From Octopus vulgaris (lineage: Eukaryota), in contig OX597816.1 in assembly GCA_951406725.2 (NCBI GenBank), forward strand, positions 138,384,001 to 138,448,000: a DNA stretch of 64,000 bases. The letters are read 5' to 3'. The position numbers were made by a program, and so were the translations under genes. Positions 1 to 12,204 of the stretch are shown piece after piece. Under the pieces are notes generated by a model, which had not been told where the DNA came from, searched no databases, and worked only from the letters and a program-made list of their open reading frames with translations. The first letter of the stretch is position 1. Each line of letters begins with the position of its first letter.

Positions 1-339
1 AGAAAGGGTTATATTAAAAGAGAAATGTAGTTCTGGAGGGTTGAGGGCAATGTTTAGTTAAGAAACCGCGTAGGGAACGAAATGTCATTGAGGGTAAGAT
101 AAGGAGTTAGTGATAGACTGATATAAAGATAGCGACTACATAAGAGCAGATGCCATTGTAATAGTTTGAAAATGACAGAGGGAGGATACGGCCTGACAAT
201 GATAAGTGCATGCTTGTCTGTCATGTGAATAACATTTTATAAATGTTGGTTTAAAGTATATTTGAGTGCATGCGTGCGTGTGTGTATGTGCGTGTGTGTG
301 TATGTGTGTGTGTGTGTGTGCGCGTGTGTGTGTGTGTGC

Positions 340-380
<41 letters not shown>

Positions 381-486
381 CGTGTGTGTGTGTGCATGCG
401 TGCATGCGTGTATGTGTGTGTGCGTGTGTGTTTGTGTGTGCGTGTGTGTGCGTGCGTGTGTGTGTGTGTGTGTGCATGCGTGCGTG

Positions 487-531
<45 letters not shown>

Positions 532-537
532 GTGTGT

Positions 538-578
<41 letters not shown>

Positions 579-1000
579 AGAGTTTTGGCATATTACAGAA
601 GTAGGAGGCGTACTTTACTGCAGAGTGTATTTCAGTGTAAAAAGAACAGCTGTTCAAGGATGAAATAATTTCGCTCTATGAAAAAAAGAAACCCAGCCTT
701 TGTGATGCTGTCCCAGCTACGTGATGTATGTGTGGTCTCCGTCAGAGTTTGTCAGATATAAGTGGAGTTCTTGTGAAGGATGTAACTGTTGGTGCAGGCT
801 ATTGTTCAGAAGTAGGAACGATTCTATGTCATGTTGTTGAACGAAAGAAACTGAAGCTTCAAATTCTCACGCAGGGTGTTTAGAAGTTCATTAAACACAA
901 ACATGAATGTTGTACATACTTGACATATGGAGATGAATACCTGCGTAACTGATGCTTTGTGAGACGAGACAGTACTGTTTGTCGGTATTTATTTACAGAA
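1..1000 (-). mobile_element. Highly decayed Penelope-like element RT remnant, interrupted by a (TG)n microsatellite
   Basis: Minus-strand peptides [21 protein letters not shown] (resembles the PLE 'FY.LPKIHK' motif), LM*SLSLYQSI (resembles 'MDV.SLYTSI') and LRGFLTKHCPQPS appear in PLE order, with many stops. Confidence 0.4.
267..575. repeat. Imperfect (TG)n microsatellite
   Basis: Directly visible. Confidence 0.95.
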
Positions 1001-1423
1001 AAGGTAGATAAATATAAACTAACATGAATATTAAGGTTGGCAAATTGGGAAGATTTATAAATTCCTCAATATTTAATTTGATGTTTCAATATCGATGTTT
1101 CACTTCTATGTTTCAATACTTTGTCGAATGCCCTCGAGTATCAGAAAGCAAATTCCTTGATATACTGAAATATGATACTATTGGTTATTTATCGACGCTG
1201 GAATTATTTTAGGTTGGTGTGTGTATGTATATATATATATAATAAACCTTTACGTAAATAAATAACGTGAAATACACGAAGGGACGAACAAAAAAACAAA
1301 CGGGTCATTCAAAGCCTTCATTCTTCAGTCATATATATATATATATGATAACAATTTAATAATAAAATATATGCATACATACATACATATATGTACGTAC
1401 CTACATCTATATGTATATATACA

Positions 1424-1484
<61 letters not shown>

Positions 1485-1647
1485 GTTATCGCCATACTAA
1501 TATGGCATTCTTATAAAAATAAGAAAAAAGCTGTCCGCTTATTAGCTCCATGAGGCCATCGCCTTAAGTTAGCTATTTGATACACAAACTGTATCCATAT
1601 AACCTTCGAACAAGGGAGGTCAGTCGCTCCACACTACTTGACCGGCA

Positions 1648-1689
1648 GCTACAGACGCGTTTCGGGGTATTGCCCCTTTTCAATGCAGC
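1648..1689 (-). ncRNA. Minimal type I hammerhead ribozyme, U3:A8 variant (mirror copy)
   Basis: Reverse complement of 2253-2294. Confidence 0.75.
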
Positions 1690-2252
1690 GTAGCCAGCCA
1701 GTAGGTGTCGCTTCCGACAATCTCTGTTCGATGGTTTTATTTACCTAGTTTCGGTGGAATACATCCACTTGTTTTCAATAATAGAAATATTAAAATAACT
1801 AAGTCTCTCTAAAAGAGAACAGCGGCAGCGTTCCCGGAAAATAATAGTTATCGCCATACTAATATGGCATTCTTATAAAAATAAGAAAAAAGCTGTCCGC
1901 TTATTAGCTCCATGAGGCCATCGCCTTAAGTTAGCTATTTGATACACAAACTGTATCCATATAACCTTGTTCGAAGGTTATATGGATACAGTTTGTGTAT
2001 CAAATAGCTAACTTAAGGCGATGGCCTCATGGAGCTAATAAGCGGACAGCTTTTTTCTTATTTTTATAAGAATGCCATATTAGTATGGCGATAACTATTA
2101 TTTTCCGGGAACGCTGCCGCTGTTCTCTTTTAGAGAGACTTAGTTATTTTAATATTTCTATTATTGAAAACAAGTGGATGTATTCCACCGAAACTAGGTA
2201 AATAAAACCATCGAACAGAGATTGTCGGAAGCGACACCTACTGGCTGGCTAC

Positions 2253-2294
2253 GCTGCATTGAAAAGGGGCAATACCCCGAAACGCGTCTGTAGC
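2253..2294 (+). ncRNA. Minimal type I hammerhead ribozyme, U3:A8 variant
   Basis: GCUGCA-UUGAAAA-GGGG(CAAUA)CCCC-GAAA-CGCG-UC^UGUAGC, with stem I extendable to 2242/2303. Confidence 0.8.
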
Positions 2295-2520
2295 TGCCGG
2301 TCAAGTAGTGTGGAGCGACTGACCTCCCTTGTTCGAAGGTTATATGGATACAGTTTGTGTATCAAATAGCTAACTTAAGGCGATGGCCTCATGGAGCTAA
2401 TAAGCGGACAGCTTTTTTCTTATTTTTATAAGAATGCCATATTAGTATGGCGATAACTATTATTTTCCGGGAACGCTGCCGCTGTTCTCTTTTAGAGAGA
2501 CTTAGTTATTTTAATATTTC

Positions 2521-2579
<59 letters not shown>

Positions 2580-2583
<4 letters not shown>

Positions 2584-3009
2584 TACAGGGCACCACAAAT
2601 AAACGTAGAAAACAACGAGAAACGAAAACATAAAAACAAACAAGGAAACGGACTTTTTTTAACAACGAAAAAACAGAGTACAAGACAAACAATACAAGGA
2701 ATATTCCTCTTCATCAGCTGCCCCTGATTGGTTCGACTCAATGCGTGTTTCGAAGGTAAGGGCAGAACACGATCCGGCCGAAACAATCCTTCCTGCAAAA
2801 TGAATTAAATAAAATTCCTTTGCAGAGGGGTAAAACAAGGAAAGAAAAAAAGTGACAAGAACAGGACGTAAAAGCAATACATATAAAAATACAGTACACA
2901 TAAAGAATAAAAATAGGACAATGAAACCAACATTGAGGGCTTTTTTAAGCCTAGACGGTGGAAAAATGACTGAGCGCCTCGCGTCGTTTCGTTTCTTATC
3001 CTCCAAGTA

Positions 3010-3010
<1 letters not shown>
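2580..3010. mobile_element. Short interspersed repeat between (TA)n tracts (probable PLE-derived non-autonomous element); related copy at about 55700-56150
   Basis: TA flanks on both sides. The layout ...CTTCATCAGCTG...TTTCGA is similar to CCCTTCATCTGTTGTC...TTTCAAGC at about 55818. Confidence 0.4.
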
Positions 3011-3057
<47 letters not shown>

Positions 3058-3061
<4 letters not shown>

Positions 3062-3215
3062 GGAGTGCTGAAGGGTTCCTGTCTTTGGGTAAAAGAAAAT
3101 GCAGGAAGATTAGTTAGTTATGATTTTATTCAACACATTTCCCTCCTAAATTCATACATTTACGTATTGCAGCAGTCCTTCAGTTTTTCTAAGCCCCGTA
3201 TAAGAACTCAGAAGG
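3058..3215 (-). mobile_element. Mariner (Tc1/mariner) transposon 3' end: TIR plus transposase C-terminus remnant
   Basis: TA-GAGGGAGTGCTGAAGGGTTCCTG TIR-like end. Minus-strand [21 protein letters not shown] matches the mariner C-terminal 'G..KL..RW.KCI...G.YVE*' with a frameshift. Confidence 0.7.
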
Positions 3216-3297
3216 CTTTTCAGCACCTCCTCATCTACATGCATGTATATGTATATAAATATATATATATGTAGTATACGTATATGTATATTTATAT

Positions 3298-3364
<67 letters not shown>

Positions 3365-3567
3365 CTCTCTCTCTCTCTCTCTCTCTCTCTCCTTCATTCT
3401 TTCTCTGTATCACACTGACTATTTCTGTGTCTGTTTTTCTCTCTCTCTCTGTTTGTAACTGAGGGTGCCGATGCACCTATATTGCAAGAAATAAGAGTTA
3501 AAGCTCTTAATGCTGTAAGAAGCACGCAATATATATACACTGACAGGGGAGATGAGTGTCTCTAGGA

Positions 3568-3613
3568 TCACTAGACTTGTTTCGTCTATCGTTCTTAGGC
3601 CCGTCAGTAATGA
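3568..3613 (-). ncRNA. Degenerate minimal hammerhead motif
   Basis: UCAUUA-CUGACGG-GCCUA(AGAACGA)UAGAC-GAAAC-AA-GUC^UAGUGA. Stem I is intact; A9G and one stem II mismatch. Confidence 0.55.
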
Positions 3614-3679
3614 CGACTCAAACGCTCGATGGCTTGGCTAAATCCAGCTGTCAGTATATATATTTTTTACCTTAAAACG

Positions 3680-3905
3680 GCTTCACATTTTAGCATAAAG
3701 CCAGCAAATACGGGAGAGGAGGTAAGTTGATTACATCGATCCCAGTGTGTGAACCGTAGTTATTTTATCGCCCTGGAAATAATGAAAAGCAAAGTCGACT
3801 TCGGCGGAATTTGAACGCAGGACGTACTCGTACAGATGATGGAAATGCCGCCAAACATTTTGCCAGGCAAGCAGAATTGTTGATTCTGCCAGCTCACCGC
3901 CTTCT
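3680..3905 (-). mobile_element. tRNA-derived SINE family B (diverged copy)
   Basis: Contains AAAGTCGACTTCGGCGGAATTTGAAC and ends CTGCCAGCTCACCGCCT like other family B copies. Confidence 0.8.
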
Positions 3906-4066
3906 TCACCATAAATATCGATCAATAGTTTAGAACACGGTGACATAAAACATTTTTTTCTTATTTCTCTTAATTATAGAAAGAATGCTAAGTGTGATCT
4001 CAAGAAATGGAAAACAAAAACATAAATAGATATGATTATATATGTATGTATATATGTATATATATG

Positions 4067-4237
4067 GGTTTTCGCGAGGAATACTCACTAAGAGAGAGAA
4101 TTCGCCGGAGGAACCTGATATCCGAGCTAAAGATGAGGAAACAAATGGGAGAGAAGGGTTTACGAATCCAAGATGGACAGATAATCAAGTCCTACCTCTG
4201 GTCCCATGCTGTAGTGCTGACAGGGAAAGTGATGTGA
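4067..4237 (+). CDS. C-terminal part of LINE ORF1 (truncated)
   Basis: FREEYSLRERIRRRNLISELKMRKQMGEKGLRIQDGQII matches the CR1 ORF1 C-terminal pattern 'DLT..ER..R..L..ELK.R...GE..L.I..G.I'. Confidence 0.7.
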   Translation, partial: GFREEYSLRERIRRRNLISELKMRKQMGEKGLRIQDGQIIKSYLWSHAVVLTGKVM

Positions 4238-4329
4238 GGGCAAATCGAAGTGAAGTTGATACCCCCGTCAACGATGCTATCTCTGATGCCCTTTATTCTG
4301 CTTGTTCCCCAACTCCCGCCCCTCAGACT

Positions 4330-7121
4330 TCACAGCTCAGCATCGTCTACACCAACTCGTGCTCCTTATTCCCAAAGTTCAGTGAACTATTTACACTGGC
4401 CATACGTGACTCCCCTGATGTGATAGCTATCACCGAGACTTGGCTGACTCCAGCAGTAAAGGACTCAGAAATCCACCTGCAGGGCTACGTCCTTTTCAGA
4501 TGTGACAGAGGAAAAGGGCGAGGTGGAGGTGTTGCTGTGTATGTTAAGTCTGAGCACAAACCGTCCTGCGGTATTCTACCCACAAATGCTCAACCTACAA
4601 CCAAATTCGATGCCATTTATTGCAAACTGAGCCTATCTGAGTTTTGCCTGCCCGTGTTGGCTGTCTACAGGCCGCCTCTAGCCGACCCCCAGGACGATGC
4701 TCATCTACTCGAAGCGATAAGATTCGTTTCAGCTTCGCATGACTGCTTGGTACTAGGCGACTTCAACGCTCCCACGATCGATTGGCCCGCATCAATTTGT
4801 ACAACATCTTCCCGGTTCGGCCAGGCCCTTCTTGACGTGGCTGAAGATTGTTTTCTATCGCAACATGTTGAATATCCGACAAGGCATCGGTCTGGGCAGC
4901 AGCCATCTATGTTAGATCTGGTATTCTCCCGCTATCCAAGATCAGTGTCAGACGTATCTGTGTGCGCCCCTCTTGCCAAGAGTGATCATGCGGTCCTGAA
5001 GTTCGTCATGCACACAACTTTTTCCACGCCCGCGATTACTTCGCTGCCACGTAGAGTCTTCTCTGCAATTAATCTTGAAATTCTAACCGAGGCTTCCGCG
5101 CTTCTGGACTGGCGATCCCTGATGACGTTGTCCTCAGTTGACGAACTATGGTCATCCCTCAAAGCATATGTAATCTGTTTGACTGACCAGGCAGTTCCCG
5201 TTGGGCTTCCCAAGAGGAAGAAACACAAGCCCTGGGTGACGAAGAAGGTTAAACGAGAACGTCGACTCAGAGATATTGCTTGGGCTGAATTCAAAAATCT
5301 GGATTCGACTGCAGCTTTTGAGGTGTACAAAACTCAACGAGACCGAGCCGTGAAAATTGAAAAGAAAGAACGCTTCAGTTATGAATACAAAATCGCGGCA
5401 AATGCCAGTAGCAATCCAAAAACCTTCTTTGCCCATGTCCAGCGGAATTCCCGCTTGAACAACCAGATTGCAACGTTGGTAGACTCAACAGGCGTATTGA
5501 TTGAGGACCCTTATCAACAGAGTCAATTATTTGCCGAAGCTTTTTCAACTATTTTCAAACAAGATGATGGTCGTGAACCCCCTCCATTTGATAGATCGGT
5601 ACCTCCAATGCTTCGATTGATCATCACGCGGGACGAAGTCAAACGTGTTATTCAAGGCCTCGATGTCAACAAGGGTCACGGCCCTGACGGCATACACCCA
5701 CGGGTTATCAAAGCGTTGGCTCCGGTCATCTGCGAGCCCTTAACACGACTATTCAATATGTCATTGGCGACGGGTGTTATACCTGCAGACTGGAGAACAG
5801 CGATAATCTGCCCAATTTTCAAGAAAGGGAGCCGCGAAGACCCGCTTAACTACCGACCGGTTTCCCTCACATCAATAATCAGCAAGATGTTCGAAACCAT
5901 CCTTAAGAAAAGTATGATGCTCCACCTCCTAAACACAGCCTCGATCACTGATTCCCAACACGGCTTCGTGCCGAAGAGATCATGCTTGACCAACTTACTA
6001 GTAATGGAAGAATTGGTGACGCGCATCCTCGATGATAGTGATGCTGTTGACATCGTTTTATTGGACTTTGCCAAAGCTTTTGACTCGGTAAACCACCGCC
6101 TACTACTTGTCAAGCTTCAAGCATATAGTTTCCATCCGGATATTGTACGATGGGTTGGTGCCTTCCTCTCAGATCGCTCCTTCCAAGTTCAAGTTAATGG
6201 TTCGCGGTCCGACGTCTCCAGTGCGAGCAGTGGCGTGCCTCAAGGTTCAGTGCTTGGGCCCTTGTTGTTCTTAGTCTTCATAAATTACTTGCCCGACGAC
6301 CTCACGCAACACACCCTTCGATTTGCCGACGATATCAAACTGGTCGCTCCTCGCGGTAGTATAGAGGATCTTCGTCGATGCCTCCACCAAATTTGGAAGT
6401 GGTCTAACGATTGGGACCTGTGTCTGAACGTGTCAAAGTGCTGTCATCTGCCTGTCGGCTCTACTCCTGCAACTCAACTTGATTTCGAGCCGGGTCGTCT
6501 GCTGCTGGAGAGGACCGATCAGGTAAAGGACCTGGTATCTTGGTGGATTCCTCCTTTTCGCCTTCGGCCCAGTGCGTCCATGCTGCCAACAAAGCGCGCG
6601 GAATTCTGTTTTTGATTCGACGGTCATTCGGAATGCTCACAGCAGCCATATTCCTGCCACTCTATGTCACGCTGGTGAGACCCATATTGGAGTATGGGAT
6701 TCAAGCCTCTTCTCCTTATCTCCTCAAAGACATACAGCATCTCGAAAGAGTCCAGAGGCTGGCTACCCGCATGGTTCATGGTCTCAAAAATTTGTCCTAC
6801 GAAGAAAGGCTGAGGACGCTCGACCTTTATTCTCTTGAAAAACGCCGCCGCCGTGGTGATCTCATTCTCGCCCACAACATCATAAGCGGGAAGTGTAACC
6901 TCTCGAAAGAGCTGTTCTTCACTCTTGCTCCGGAGCGTCGGCTGCGGGGTCATTCCGAAAAGCTCTACCTGCGACGATTTCATCTCAATCGAAGGAGAGG
7001 AGCTTTCTCCGTCCGGGTTGCGGATCCGTGGAACAAGCTGCCAGACGAGATGGTGAAGATGCCGACGACCGCTTTGTTCAAAGCCTCCCTTGACCTCAAG
7101 TGGCCTGAACTCTTTACATGA
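4330..7121 (+). CDS. LINE ORF2: apurinic endonuclease + reverse transcriptase, with one 1-bp deletion at about 6534 (start codon not defined)
   Basis: APE motifs YTN, TETW, VYRPP, GDFN, LDLV, SDH; RT motifs NYRPVSLTS, QHGF, LDFAKAFDSV, GVPQGSVLGP, FADD. KDL-GILVD is restored by adding one G at 6534-6535, joining ORFs 4042..6615 and 6540..7121. Confidence 0.92.
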
Positions 7122-7202
7122 TCACCACCCTGTACTTAACTCCATGTCCCCCTACATGGCCTTGCTATTTGCCTTTGAGCCAAATTAACTAACTAACTAA
7201 CT

Positions 7203-7283
<81 letters not shown>

Positions 7284-7288
<5 letters not shown>

Positions 7289-7443
7289 CAGGTGTAGCTG
7301 TGTGGTACGAAGCTCGCTTCCCAACGACATTGTTACGGGATCAGTTCATCCGCGTGGCACTTAAGCATGTGTTTTCTGCTATAGCCTCGGGCCGACAAGG
7401 CCTTGTGAGTGGATTCGTTAAATGGAAACTGAAAGTAGCCCGT

Positions 7444-7445
<2 letters not shown>
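7284..7445 (+). mobile_element. tRNA-derived SINE family A, 5' part
   Basis: AGGCGCAGGTGTAGCTGTGTGGTA head ... GGAAACTGAAAG, matching the full copy at 38394. Confidence 0.8.
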
Positions 7446-7493
<48 letters not shown>

Positions 7494-7534
7494 TATATAA
7501 GAGAACGAAGTGTACGTACGTCGCTATATATATA

Positions 7535-8106
7535 TGTAAAATAAAATACAAAATGGGACAAGAACGCAAAACATCCGGACAACTAGGTGATACAAAAAGG
7601 GACAACAAAACATCCAGATAGACGATACAAAAAATACGGACGGGTCATTCGAAGCCTTTTATCTTCAGTCAAGAACCGGATCATCCTTGCAATTTCGGCT
7701 GATTAATCTTGAGATTGCTCCAATCTGGCCAGGAAAAACTAAGCTAAGAGCATTAGATTCCTTGGAAAAAAGTATCGAATGTATACGAAAGAAGGACGCA
7801 AAAACGGACGATGTTACACGAATATAAATACAAAAAGACAGTAAAAACGCAATAATAATAATAACAACAGATGTCTTTCGACTGGGGACGAATTGAATTC
7901 AGTTGGCTTGTGTGGAAATGAAGCCTTACGGCACTCTCTCTTCTTCCCCTCTTTAATTCCTTTGTTCCTCTTTTTCTCTCTCTTCTCGTCTCACGTGACC
8001 GTTGGCCAACTGCTAGCCCTTTTGCGTCTGACCACGGTCACTGCCACAGATATACTCTTTCCTCTGCCGTAAGGCTTCATATCCACACACGCCAGCTGAA
8101 TTCAAT
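7535..8106. mobile_element. TA-associated interspersed repeat (family E) with an inverted junction; other copies at about 1245-1330, 32735-32790, 39390-39640, 39825-40162, 56150-56420
   Basis: Shared CGGGTCATTCGAAG..CTTCAGTCAAG and CTAAGAGCATTAGATT blocks; 42-bp inverted repeat at 7892-7933 / 8065-8106. Confidence 0.7.
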
Positions 8107-8429
8107 AACTGGTACTTATTTAATCGACCCCGAAAGGATAAAAGGCAAAGTCGACCTCGGCGGAATTTCAACACAGAACGTAACGGCAGAACGTAACCTA
8201 TTTCTTTACTACCTACAAGGGGCTAAACACAAAGGACAAACAAGGACAGACAAACGGATTAAGTCGATTATATCGACCCCAGTGCATAACTGGTACTTAT
8301 TTAATCGACTCCGAAAGGATGAAAGGCAAAGTCGACCTCGACGGAATTTGAACTCAGAACGTAACGGCAGACGAAATACGGCTACACATTTCGCCCGGCG
8401 AGCTAACGTTTCTGCCAGCTCGCCGCCTT
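8107..8429 (-). mobile_element. SINE family B, dimeric body
   Basis: Two copies of ACTGGTACTTATTTAATCGACCCCGAAAGGAT..AAAGTCGACCTCGGCGGAATTT and one head (..GCCAGCTCGCCGCCT). Confidence 0.85.
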
Positions 8430-8438
8430 CGTAGATAC

Positions 8439-9497
<1,059 letters not shown>

Positions 9498-9544
9498 CTT
9501 AATGTTTATTCTTACTTTCTGATATCAACATCATCGCTAAAGTA

Positions 9545-10012
9545 AAAAGTAAAGTTTTCTTTCTCGAGTCATACCGACTCATGAGGGCTGGTTTCCCGGT
9601 TTCAAGGCGTATATATTCCCTACCTGGATGGCTCGTCGGTCCATCGCAGCATTACTCATTTTTACCAGCTGAGTGGACTGGAGCAATGTGCAATGAAGTG
9701 TTTTGTTCAAGAACACAATGCATTCGCCGGTCTAGGAATCGAAACCACAATCTTGCGATCGTGAGTCCAGCAACCTGACCACTAAGTCATGCATCTCCAC
9801 TGGCCGGTCTCCCGGTTTCATGGCGTATATTATCCCCATCTGGACAGGACGCCGGTCTGTCGCAGGATTACGCACCTTTGCCAGCTGACTGGACTGGAAC
9901 AATAATGAAGTATCTTGCTCAAGCACACAAACCGTCGTTCGGTCCGAGACTCGAAACCACAATCTAGTGGTTATGAGTGCAACTTCCCTAACCAATAAGT
10001 CACGCGCCTGCA
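9545..10012 (-). mobile_element. Two tandem copies of tRNA-derived SINE family D; related copies at about 18555-18800 (+), 38036-38350 (+), 52435-52682 (+)
   Basis: Repeated CCAGCTGA.TGGACTGGA..AATGAAGT.T.TTG.TCAAG.ACAC...TCGAAACCACAATC with a tRNA-like head on the minus strand. Confidence 0.75.
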
Positions 10013-10021
10013 AACTTCCTC

Positions 10022-10062
<41 letters not shown>

Positions 10063-10263
10063 CGCGTGTGTGTGCGTGTATATATATATATACATATATA
10101 TATACATATATATATATGTATGTATGTATGTATGTGTGTGTATATATATATACACACACATACATACACACACATGCATATATGCACATGTGTATAGACA
10201 AGCACAGACATACATACACAGACACACTAATGCACACATACATATGTACATACATGTGCGTAT

Positions 10264-10308
<45 letters not shown>

Positions 10309-10487
10309 TCCGTATATCCATATAAACACACACACATATGTATGTGTGTGTTTGTATGTATGTATGTATGTATGTATGCATGTATGTGTATATATTTATA
10401 TATACATACATGTAAGTATATATATATATGTATTAGTTATATACGCACACATACACACACATACACAATACACATACACAACAGACA

Positions 10488-10524
<37 letters not shown>

Positions 10525-11280
10525 ATGCACATGCACGCGCAAACGCACATACATAATTACACCAGATCCTGCTGTCCAGTCTTGCTTATAATAAACGTAG
10601 AATTTTCTGCAGATATTCTTTCACTTGATCTACATATTCATTCTTAATGTGTTGACATGGGAACTTGTGAGAACCTCTCAGAAAATGAAGGCTGCAAATA
10701 TATGAGAACACACCTAGTAACCTTTTAAATTTCACTCGTAATCGTGCATGTGAAAAGTAACTCGTTTTGACAGAACCTGTCCTCACTGCCGTTCTTCCAC
10801 CCCACAATCCACCAACTTTCTTACATAGTTCTTTTTTTATTTTATTACATTCAGAATACTTCATTAATAGTATCTTTTTGTTTTGTTCTTTTGTTTGTTT
10901 GTTTTTTTTTTTTGTTTGTTTTTTTTTGGGGGGGGGGGGGGTTCGGTTCGGGGATTAAAGGTTTTAATGGTGTGTATGTATGTGCTGTGTTGTCTGTATG
11001 AGTGTGTGCGTGTGTGTTTGTGTGTGTTTGTGTGTGTGTGTGTGCGTGCGTGCGTGCTTTTGAGTATTTTTGTTGTTTTTTTTACATTGTTATTTTGTTT
11101 GTGTTTTCTTTTTTTTTTCCCCCTTTCTTTCTCGGTTTGTTTTTCTTTGAATACAAAATTGGAAAAAGTATGAAGAAAAGAATTTTGAAAATAAAAAAAT
11201 AATAATAATAATAATAATGATGATGATTAGAAGCACCAGTGGCAAGCTTTAACAAAAACAGCTGTTATGTGTATGTTAAG

Positions 11281-11332
<52 letters not shown>

Positions 11333-11504
11333 TAATAATAATAACAATAATAACAATAATGATGATGATGATGATGACGACGAAAATGATAACAGAAAAT
11401 GCACGAAATAGTCAATAGCGCTGACATATGGTGATGACATTAAATAAGAGACTATTTAGTCTGCTGCTAGTTGGCCAGTTTTTATAGACTAGCAAAATAA
11501 TAAT

Positions 11505-12190
11505 AATCCTCTCTACTACTAAAGGCACAAGGTCTGAAATTTTGGGTGCGAGGATAAGTCGATGACATAGACACCAATACTCAACTGTTACTTAATTTAT
11601 CGACCCCGAAAGGATGAAAGGCAAAGTCGACCTCGGCGGAATTTGAACTCAGAACATAAGGACGGACGAAATGCCGCTAAGCATTCCATCCGGTGTGCTA
11701 AAGATTCTTCAAAGTAATAATGATGATAATAATAATCTTTTCTGCTATAAGCACAAGGCCTGAAATGTTGGGGAAGGGGATTGGTCGATTACATTGACCA
11801 ATAATGTTCAACTGGTTCTTATTTCATAAACACCGAAAGGACGAAAGACTAAGTCTACCTCGGCGGAAATGGAACTCAGAACGTAGCAACAGACGAAATG
11901 CCACTGAAGATTTCGTCTGGCGTGCTAACGATTCCACCAGCTCGCTGCCTTAATAATAATAATGATAATAATAATAATAATTATTATAACAATAATCTTT
12001 TCTACTTAAGACACAAGGCCTCAAAATTTGTGGGGAGGGAACTATTCGATTACATCAACCCAAGTGTTTCACTGGTATTTCATTTATAGACCCCGAAAGA
12101 ATAAAAGGCGAAGTCGACCTCAGCGGAATTTGAACACAGAACGTAGAGACGGACGAAATCCCGCAAATGATTCTGCTAGCTCGCTGCTTT
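11505..12190 (-). mobile_element. Three consecutive SINE family B copies separated by (TAA)n tails
   Basis: Three diverged copies of CGACCCCGAAAGGATGAAAGGCAAAGTCGACCTCGGCGGAATTTGAAC. Confidence 0.85.
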
Positions 12191-12204
12191 GATAATAATG
12201 ACAA

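Larger units (their letters stand above)
1479..2525. mobile_element. HHR-containing 362-bp unit (retrozyme / PLE pseudo-LTR) in tandem plus inverted arrangement, inserted in (TA)n
   Basis: AATAGTTATCGCC recurs at 1481 and 1843, and GTTCGAAGG at 1969 and 2331 (period 362). Positions 1479-1968 are the exact reverse complement of 1974-2463 with a GTTCG spacer. (TA)n lies on both flanks. Confidence 0.85.
4067..7205 (+). mobile_element. CR1-clade LINE, 5'-truncated within ORF1, young
   Basis: ORF1 C-terminus, APE+RT ORF2, short 3' UTR and (TAAC)n tail at 7186-7205, embedded in TA-rich microsatellite. Confidence 0.95.

Noticed and set aside
2700-2760. CUGAUGA and GAAAC boxes on the minus strand in type II order
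   Set aside because: Stems I and III cannot be formed convincingly in this copy.
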